A stretch of 64,000 nucleotides of DNA from a virus. This document shows, piece by piece, positions 56,776 to 64,000 of the stretch. The translations under genes and the position numbers were made by a program. The stretch's first letter is position 1, and every line of letters begins with the position of its first letter. The stretch lies in IMG/VR virus record IMGVR_UViG_3300042508_000428; one strand, given 5' to 3'. The notes under the pieces were generated by a model that did not search any database, was not told where the DNA came from, and was given only the letters and a program-made list of their open reading frames with translations.

Positions 56776-57183
56776 ATGGCAAACAGAATAGAACTTACCA
56801 GAAGAAACGAGCGACTCTTTGGATTCGCAAAGAGAATGGCGGAACTTTCCAGTTACGGGAAGTTTCGTCATGGTGCTGTTTTGGTTCACCATGGTGTTGT
56901 CCTTAATGCTTCCCACAACAAGGATAAGCCTTGTTCGTTTGGAAGCAGATTCCGTTGTAGATCAAAGGGTCAGGCAACTCTCCATGCTGAACTTGGGGCA
57001 ATCCTCAATATGCCCCGTGAGTCAACCGAAGGTTCTGATATTTATGTGGTGAGAGTGAATTACGAGAATCAATACAGAAACTCCAAGCCCTGTCCAATGT
57101 GTCAAGAGGCAATGAGATTCTGTGGAGTCAAGAGAGTATTTTACTCAACTGAATACGGGCACTTTGAAGTGATGAAGCTATGA
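56776..57183 (+). CDS. CMP/dCMP-type (cytidine deaminase superfamily) zinc deaminase
   Basis: HGAVLV, HAELGAI, SKPCPMC. Confidence 0.85.
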   Translation: MANRIELTRRNERLFGFAKRMAELSSYGKFRHGAVLVHHGVVLNASHNKDKPCSFGSRFRCRSKGQATLHAELGAILNMPRESTEGSDIYVVRVNYENQYRNSKPCPMCQEAMRFCGVKRVFYSTEYGHFEVMKL

Positions 57184-57443
57184 GAACAATTGAATTGCAA
57201 GTTGAAATTTTTTATTATAACAAAATCAGAAACCTTCGTTATGAATGGTTTGGCTTAAAGAATCAGGCAAAAAGGGTTAGGGTTTGGGTAGAGTTGGATG
57301 AAGAAATCTTATAAGAATAAAATTGAGTTATATATTCGATATGGTTCAGATAATTCAATATCTAAGGTGTGGAATATCACAAAAGCAGAAGGTTTATTTC
57401 CATACAAAAAGAATGAATGCTTCTATCTAGAATAGGAAACACC

Positions 57444-60400
57444 ATGAAAACCATTCCCTGCTCTTACAAAGATTGCGACCAAAGACGAGTTCACTTTTCT
57501 ATTCCAGATGAAACCCGCTCTCACCGAATGGTTGAGGTCAAAGATGATCATGAAGGCGATGCTTATTGCTCCTTGACTTGTGCTATTGTGGATGGTAAGA
57601 TGAGTGTCAAGAACGAACAACCGAAACATTCTCCAACTTGTGGTTGGCATAAAGATTGGCATGATTGTAGTTGTGGAGCGTTTGACAAGAAACCTTCCAA
57701 GTGGTACGATTGTGCCAAGTGTGATGCTGGTTATGAAGATCAGCAATGCACATGTAAGGAATCAAAATGAGTGGCGGACACTTTAACGGAAACGGATACA
57801 TCTATTATCAAGTATATCAGTTTGCTGATGAACTCGATAATGAAATCGAACGGAATAACACTAAGGATGAATGGGGTTATGCTCCTGAACTTAGTGAAGA
57901 AACCCTAAACTACCTTCGACAGAAAGTTGTTGAACTCCGCAAGATCGCAGAAGAAATGAGACACATTGATTATCTCTATTCTGGCGATCATAGTGAAGAG
58001 TCCTTTATGGAAAGGATGAATGAATCAAATGCCTGATATGAACCCAGAAAATAACCGCGATACATTTCAAGGTCGTGGAGTTCAAATTCAACAATACAAA
58101 GACGCTCTTGAAAAGACCAAAAAGAATATGATGGAAATGGAAAGAGATTTGTATTTGAAGATTAATGTTCTTGAAGAACAAAACGAAGAGATGAAAGAAC
58201 TTCTCAAAATCATTTATGAAACTGATTGTTTGCGTGATTGGGCTTTTGAGGATGATGATGGAAATTCTATTGCCGATAAGGTTCGCAAGATTGTGAAGGA
58301 CTAAGAATGAAGTTTATTTTTTTGGACAGGGATGGTAACGAAACCTACAAAGGGTGGAAATATCCATCACAATCAACGCCTATGGAGTTTCCTTCTTTGG
58401 AAAAATTTGTCGAGTGGTCGGTAGAGGTTGAACTTCCAAGACACACATTCATTCCACCTAACGGATATGCTGGCGGATATCAAAATAAAACTCCTTACTG
58501 GATGGTTTATTGCGAGAGTGGTTATGACTGATGAAAAAGGAATCAGATCCAAACACTTAAAGGAGTGTTCTTGGTATCAAGATGACACAACTTGCGATTG
58601 CGATCTTTTTAGTCCATTAGGGATCTACGCTCCTTACATCCCTTTACAAATCAGCAAAATTGAAATCACCAACGACAAGGAATCAAAATGAGCAAAAAAT
58701 TCGTATGCAAAAGCGACACGATTTTTGATGAATTCATTATCATTGAAGCCCTCAAACAAAGTATTCTTTTTGAAAAACCTGCCCATGAAATTCTGAACAT
58801 TACCAAAAATGACCTGAAACGATTCATTCTAGAAATGGATGGAATTGTAGAGCAGGAGCAAGAGGAATCAAAATGAGTGCTTATTCTTACAATGCTGGTT
58901 ATCACAGAGGTCTGAACACTGAATACCACAACGTTCCCGTTGAAATACTATACAAGCAATGGGCTGATGGAGTAGACATTCTTTTAATTCCTGTATCTTT
59001 TGACCCTGTTGCTTTTGAGGAAGGTTATGCAGACGGCGTGCGTGATTATCTAAAAAATAGAAACTGCGTTGAAGATTAGACAAGAAGTAAAAATGAAACC
59101 CTACGAATTAATTGACGGAAAACTGATCATCAGAGATCCTGAAATCATCCAGAAGTTGGATCACCTTTCGGAAGAAGAACTGAAGCAAGTTGCCGAGATC
59201 ATGAGAAAAGATCTTGATGAGATGAAGAACAATCCGGAGAAATCAAATGCCTAACTGGTCTGATGATGAGGGAAGAAGTTATTTTGGTAAAGTAGAGTGC
59301 AAACGATGCTTACAAGACTTTGATTACGATAAGAAAACAGGAGAAGTACCAATTCATAAATGTATTGGTGGAGAACTCTGGACTTCTGCGTATGTAAATG
59401 GTGTGTGGCATTATCCAGTCAAAGTGAGGTCAAAATGAACATTGATCAATTCCTACAACAAAACCAATTGACACTTATCAAATCATTTCCTGTTCTTTGG
59501 AGAGCTTGGGCTTGTGATTCTGAATGGTACTTGACGCAGAACTCAAACGGTGATAAGATTCTTGTTGCAAGCGATCATGGCGTACCTCGCGTTGGTAGTC
59601 CAGAAGAGCTTGAAGAACGAATTGAATATTATAAAGAGATCACAAAAGAATCAGAAGAGATTCTAAAAGAGTTAGAGACAAAATGAAATTCCCAATCCGT
59701 CGTGAGAAAGCAGGAGTCATTGGCGATAAACCTATGTGGGTTTGTTGCTATTCGTGCTATTTACACGCAGACGAGTCTCTGCTAAGATTGCTGTGGCAAG
59801 TGATCACGGAATACAAGAGCGATAATTATTTGGTGGGTTAAGAATGTTAGGGCCACAAATTTGCGTAAAATGTAGAGCGGAATATAATTGTGAAAAGATT
59901 AGCGAAGATGTGGTGCGTTGGTTTTGTCCCAAGTGCGGAGAAACAGATAGCCAAGATTATGCTTTGACAATTCCAGAAGAACTTTATGAAGAGATTTATG
60001 GAACCAAGTGGATTCTATAATAAGGAGAAACATGGCTGATATATCAAAATGCCGTGGAACTGATTGCCCAATGAAAGATAAGTGTTGGCGATATTTGGCC
60101 CCATCCAGCAAATGGCAAGCATACTTTCATGCTGAAAGTGGATTAAATCAAGACAAGAACGAATGTAAAAACTTTATCGAAGCAAAAGAAAATCAAGTGG
60201 TCCAAATTAAGGGAAATTTATTCAAATGATTAATGTCTTCTTATTAAGAATTGATCGGGAAGGAAGTAAGCTGTGGTTTAGAAACAGTCTCTTACATAGA
60301 GATTACGGTAAGCCTGCTATTATTTATTCAGATGGTAGAAAGTGGTGGTGTAAAGATGGGGGCGTTATTGGATACGAATACAAAGGCAAGGACTAAGATC

Positions 60401-60667
60401 ATTGTGCTCAAAGTTAGGTTAGAAAAACCAGTTGAATTGTTTCGTTTATCCACTGGTGAATCATTTGTTGAAAATGGAAGAGTTTATTACATTGATTACA
60501 GAGATCAATTTGCACGAAAAGTCTTTACCAAAGATTATGAAAGCGATCATTTTTCTCCATCATACACTATGTTTGAATTTCAAGAAGTAGTTCCAGTAAA
60601 ATCTTGGATATATCTTGATGATGCATATCGTGATTGGAAGAGAATAAGAAGAGATAAACAGACTTGA
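57444..60667 (+). other. Array of about 15 small coupled hypothetical ORFs (45-110 aa), several Cys-rich
   Basis: ORFs start near 57444, 57767, 58020, 58307, 58524, 58688, 58873, 59093, 59247, 59435, 59683, 59844, 60032, 60226 and 60356, mostly with overlapping stop/start. 60226-60396 has an LHR-x-x-x-x-PA repeat-type motif. Confidence 0.55.
57757..58877 (+). repeat. 15-bp gene-junction repeat AGGAATCAAAATGAG, three copies
   Basis: Exact copies at 57757-71, 58678-92 and 58863-77. Confidence 0.8.
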
Positions 60668-60692
60668 CAGAGTAGAAGAGAGGTGCCATACT
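60664..60692 (+). promoter_or_regulatory. Sigma70-type promoter of the HNH gene
   Basis: TTGACA 60664, N17, CATACT 60687. Confidence 0.6.
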
Positions 60693-60726
60693 ACCTACCT
60701 ACTTGTGAGTGAGATACGGGGATGTT

Positions 60727-61245
60727 ATGGACACACTGGTTTTAAGCACAGCATATCAGCCTATGCGCTATGTTGACTGGAAAGAGGCATTTTGCCTTTG
60801 GTTCTCTGGTCGAGTTGAAGTCATTGAGTTCCACAAAGACAAGGTGGTAAACACCATCAGTGAAACCTTTAATGTTCCTTCAATTGTCCGCTTTGTAAAG
60901 GGTGTGATTAGAAGAAGCAAACAATCGAAGTCAGCAAAATTCAATAGAGCAAATGTATTGCTCCGCGACAATAGTGAATGTCAGTATTGCCGTGTTAAAT
61001 TGGAACGAAAGAACTTTACATTTGATCATGTCCTGCCTGTTTCTCAAGGCGGAAAGACAAATTGGAAGAATATTGTTGCTTGTTGTGTTCCTTGTAATCA
61101 AAAGAAAAAAGATAGAACACCTTATCAATCAGGAATGAAACTTATTCGAGAACCTTATGTTCCGGATAGTTTTGAAATACTAAACAAGTCCAGAGCCAAT
61201 ATAACTTGGCCGGAAGAATGGAAGGATTACATAGGTGATTTATGA
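60727..61245 (+). CDS. HNH endonuclease
   Basis: RDNSECQYC, TFDHVLPVSQGG, WKNIVACCVPCNQKK. Confidence 0.92.
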   Translation: MDTLVLSTAYQPMRYVDWKEAFCLWFSGRVEVIEFHKDKVVNTISETFNVPSIVRFVKGVIRRSKQSKSAKFNRANVLLRDNSECQYCRVKLERKNFTFDHVLPVSQGGKTNWKNIVACCVPCNQKKKDRTPYQSGMKLIREPYVPDSFEILNKSRANITWPEEWKDYIGDL

Positions 61246-61433
61246 CGATGGTTCACAGAGAAGGATTCATTTCAGCAGATATTAGTGAAATGTGGGCAGG
61301 TTATTATGCTCACTTGGTTACGGAATGGAAGGATGGAAAAAGTGAAGAGCGATCCATCCCTTGTCGAACGAAAGAAGAAGCAGAAGAGATTGTTGAAAAA
61401 TTTCTAACAGGAGAATACAATGCCGAGGGTTAA
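61242..61433 (+). CDS. Hypothetical protein
   Basis: ATGA-coupled. Confidence 0.5.
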   Translation: MTMVHREGFISADISEMWAGYYAHLVTEWKDGKSEERSIPCRTKEEAEEIVEKFLTGEYNAEG

Positions 61434-61749
61434 AGCAGTTAAACAAAAGAAACTTACAGTTGCCGAACTCAAACGGCGAATGACAGAGGGAGCAGTATTG
61501 ACCATGGTTGATTTCCATGGAACTCCAGTTAAAAAGCGAAGAGTTGTTGCTGGCATCTCAACCACTTTTGTTAAATTTAGTGGGGATGAAATTAAAGAAG
61601 GTCAATATTCATATTTGAATTGGCCGAAATCAACCGAGTTGACAGGAAATGACGAAGGGTTTACAATCTCTCTCAAGTATGGAGCAGTCCGATATGTCTG
61701 GGGAGAACCAAAGACCGAAGACAACGAAAACCCTGAGAATCAGGAATAG
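61420..61749 (+). CDS. Hypothetical protein
   Basis: Coupled ORF. Confidence 0.55.
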   Translation: MPRVKAVKQKKLTVAELKRRMTEGAVLTMVDFHGTPVKKRRVVAGISTTFVKFSGDEIKEGQYSYLNWPKSTELTGNDEGFTISLKYGAVRYVWGEPKTEDNENPENQE

Positions 61750-61932
61750 CGAACCAAAAGATCGCAAAGATATTCTCATTATAGAGAAAGTTTGGTATTG
61801 GAAAGAACTCACTCATAGAGATCCAGAAACTGGTCCTGCTTACTCTTATTGTTCATTTTATAAAGAAACTCTTGATGTTTGTACAGAGTTTCACACATAC
61901 TACGAATTAGGATTTCAAGTAAGGGAACCAAA

Positions 61933-62376
61933 ATGAGAGAAGAACTCGAAAACAAATTGTATGAAAAGTATCCCAAACTCTTTGCCCAAAGGAACCTTCC
62001 TGATACGATTAGTCTTATGTCGTATGGGATTGGTGTTGGTGATGGTTGGTATAACATTATGAATGTCCTTTGCTGGACGATTCAAAATCATGTTGATTAC
62101 CAGCAGAGAAAGAATCCAGAATACAAACAGGTTGAGTTCTTCCAGATCAAGGAAAAGTTTGGTGGTCTGCGAGTTTATACCAGCGGTGCCGATGAAGTAG
62201 TTAATAACCTAATCGTTTTTGCCGAGAACATGGCAATTGTTACTTGCGAACAATGCGGAAACCCTGGGAAGATTAGATACACCAGTTGGAATACTTGTCG
62301 GTGTGATGAATGTCAGAAGAAGTATTGCGATCAAAGAGGAATCAAAGATGAAGAAGAAGATGAACAAGATGACTGA
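61933..62376 (+). CDS. Conserved phage hypothetical protein
   Basis: VGDGWYNI, QIKEKFGGLRVY, CEQCGNPG. Confidence 0.7.
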   Translation: MREELENKLYEKYPKLFAQRNLPDTISLMSYGIGVGDGWYNIMNVLCWTIQNHVDYQQRKNPEYKQVEFFQIKEKFGGLRVYTSGADEVVNNLIVFAENMAIVTCEQCGNPGKIRYTSWNTCRCDECQKKYCDQRGIKDEEEDEQDD

Positions 62377-62560
62377 TACTGATTCAGTTTTCGCAGAAAA
62401 GGTAGTGAAACGAAAGAAACCAAAGAAGCAGATTGTTTCTAAGGAATCGAAGTCCAGCGGAGACAAAGAAGATGATCTAATCGAAATCTATGATGTTGAC
62501 GATTTGGATGTTGATCTTGGTTATTATCGTGATGTTGCTTCGTCCATGCGAGATTGGTAA
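62369..62560 (+). CDS. Hypothetical protein
   Basis: Coupled ORF; start approximate. Confidence 0.45.
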   Translation: MTDTDSVFAEKVVKRKKPKKQIVSKESKSSGDKEDDLIEIYDVDDLDVDLGYYRDVASSMRDW

Positions 62561-62649
62561 AAGGTAGTAGACATATAGTGGGATAGTACTACTCCACCCC
62601 ACTACTACACCCCTATACCCCTGCCCGCATATACGAGAGAGAGGGCGAT

Positions 62650-62988
62650 ATGTCAAATTATTCCGTGGCAAACAATATTCATGGTATAAAAGAAAAAATC
62701 GAAAACGGAATAACTATCTTGTATGATGAATACGAATATGAGGTTGGAGACATTGTTTTAACCGCTCCACATGTTTGGTACATGTATAAAATTTTATCTG
62801 GTTATAAAACAGCAAGTAATGAAGTATTATTTGTAGTCTCGTCTAAGGAAAAACCTATTGAATCATCATCACATATGATTCGGGATCACAGATACTCTTA
62901 TAAAATAGTTGCTCTGGAGAATCCAAGAATTGTTCTTGATTATTTAAGATATGAAGAGTTAATACCTTTAAAACTTAATAAAGATTAG
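62650..62988 (+). CDS. Hypothetical protein
   Basis: GAGGG SD; last ORF before the AT-rich boundary. Confidence 0.5.
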   Translation: MSNYSVANNIHGIKEKIENGITILYDEYEYEVGDIVLTAPHVWYMYKILSGYKTASNEVLFVVSSKEKPIESSSHMIRDHRYSYKIVALENPRIVLDYLRYEELIPLKLNKD

Positions 62989-63004
62989 AACTTAATAAAG
63001 ATTA
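62972..63004 (+). repeat. 16-bp tandem direct repeat AACTTAATAAAGATTA in an AT-rich tract
   Basis: Copies at 62972-87 and 62989-63004. Confidence 0.8.
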
Positions 63005-63161
63005 ATAGTTCTATTTATTTGATTGTTGAATACTTTATTACTTAATAATCATTCTCGATAAAGTAGGCATTTAACTTCCTCAGCATATTCCGCTGAAAGC
63101 ATATGTGACACTGAAAAAAAAGATCTTTATGCCTCACTTTGTATATGAGGGACTGAAAGCC

Positions 63162-63820
63162 AAACGGCAGACTGAGAGGTCTTGACGCCAGCAAACAGAT
63201 CGGGTAAGATACCTAAGTCAAAGCGAGAGACCTGCGCGGTTTCTCGAAACGGCAAACGGCAAACCGGGGAACGCGAGACTGCGAGGTCTTGACAACCGTT
63301 CCAAGTTGTGGTAAGCTACTAAGGTCAACGCGGGAAACGGGCTTCGCGCTCTGAAACCGCAAACGCTCCTTGAAAACCGAGTAGATTCGCAAACGTGATA
63401 CTGCGAGGGCTTGACAACCGAATCTGGTTGTGGTAGACTACTAAACGCGGAATGGTTCCGCAAGGAGGCGAAATGTCGATTACGAATGACGCACTGAAGG
63501 GTATTGTTCTTGGTCTGACGATTGCCAAATTGGTTATTCTGCTGAACGGCTAACTGAACCGAAACGTGAGACCGCGAGGTATTGACAGCGGTTCCGAGTT
63601 GTGGTAAGATCCTGACTGTGACGGCGACCTGAGCGGTTGCCGAGATTAAGAAACGCGGTACTGAGAAACGCGATACTGCGAGGGCTTGACAACGGTTCGA
63701 AGTTGTGGTAAACTCCTGAATGTGAGCGAGCCTGAGCGGTTCGCGAAACGACGGAGAGAAGCAGAAATCGGAAACGTGATACTGCAAGCTCTTGACAAGC
63801 GAATCTACTTGGTGTACAAT
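63162..63820 (+). promoter_or_regulatory. Tandem array of six sigma70-type promoter units with a conserved upstream motif
   Basis: -35 at 63182, 63289, 63411, 63582, 63686 and 63792, each followed after N17 by TAAGAT, TAAGCT, TAGACT, TAAGAT, TAAACT, TACAAT. Confidence 0.85.
63473..63553 (+). CDS. 26-aa hydrophobic peptide MSITNDALKGIVLGLTIAKLVILLNG
   Basis: AAGGAGG SD just upstream of ATG, directly downstream of the third array promoter. Confidence 0.6.
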   Translation: MSITNDALKGIVLGLTIAKLVILLNG

Positions 63821-63863
63821 CCCTAAGTCGGCGGTGAGCTTCGCGTTCACCCACTCCGCATCG

Positions 63864-63882
63864 GATCTTTGATAACTGAATA
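63864..63882 (+). promoter_or_regulatory. rrn-boxA-like antitermination element
   Basis: GATCTTTGATAACTGAATA preceded by hairpin ggtgagc/gttcacc, downstream of the last array promoter. Confidence 0.5.
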
Positions 63883-64000
63883 ACGATTGCGAGCACAGAG
63901 TTGCTCTGCAAAGATGATGGACTGCCGTGGTCTGCGAAGTCACGAGACCTTCCACATCGCAATCAAGACGACACGCAATAAGTGCGTGACGTAGAGTGAG

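Noticed and set aside
60727-61245. HNH as a mobile homing element
   Set aside because: It is free-standing with its own promoter, interrupts no gene and has no flanking repeats. It is treated as an ordinary phage HNH.
63162-63820. CRISPR array interpretation of the regularly spaced repeats
   Set aside because: The repeats are degenerate, about 50 nt long and contain complete -35/-10 promoters. The intervening segments are 60-130 nt and partly similar to each other. No cas genes are in the window.
63218-63962. Minus-strand ORFs of 245, 142 and 67 aa over the array
   Set aside because: No SD or recognisable motif, and internal repeats mirror the DNA repeats. They are by-products of GC-rich repeated sequence.
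63821-64000. Start of a 16S rRNA gene
   Set aside because: No AGAGTTTGATC or other rRNA landmark occurs in the window. Only a leader-like signal is seen.
1-64000. Stop-codon reassignment
   Set aside because: Conserved genes are full length in the standard code, TAA, TAG and TGA all end genes (for example dnaE TAG, helicase TGA), and no suppressor tRNA was seen.

Overview
This 64-kb window looks like a segment of a large, probably T4-like/jumbo, tailed dsDNA phage genome. All credible genes are on the + strand and use the standard bacterial code. From left to right: (1) the end of a baseplate module (1-4.5 kb); (2) a replication/recombination block with a short family-A polymerase, tubulin/FtsZ-like protein, gp32-like SSB, RecA/UvsX, 5'-3' exonuclease and DnaB-like helicase; (3) nucleotide metabolism and repair genes (class II RNR, ThyX, dUTPase, CMP/dCMP-type deaminase, pyrimidine-dimer glycosylase, full-length DnaE, DEDDh exonuclease, C5 methyltransferase), interleaved with probable virion-internal proteins; (4) chaperones (GroEL, GroES-like, Hsp20), SOD, thioredoxin-like and SpoU genes; (5) a more GC-rich MoxR/VWA pair; (6) an accessory region with many small ORFs, 8 tRNAs and a tmRNA. 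Two promoter classes can be read from the sequence. About 24 sigma70-type promoters (TTGACA-N17-TAnnnT) are present, many embedded in hairpins. An ACTATTTA motif lies about 30 nt upstream of probable late genes. The most unusual unexplained features are: a tandem array of six near-identical promoter units at 63.16-63.82 kb ending in an rrn-boxA-like element and a structured RNA; tRNA-trailing structured RNAs sharing a stem-AAGTAG...CCGNAATC-stem junction, one of which holds an anticodon-less tRNA mimic; and a 923-aa modular polyprotein punctuated by L-x-E sites. All product calls come from motif recognition by eye. No database search or folding program was run.
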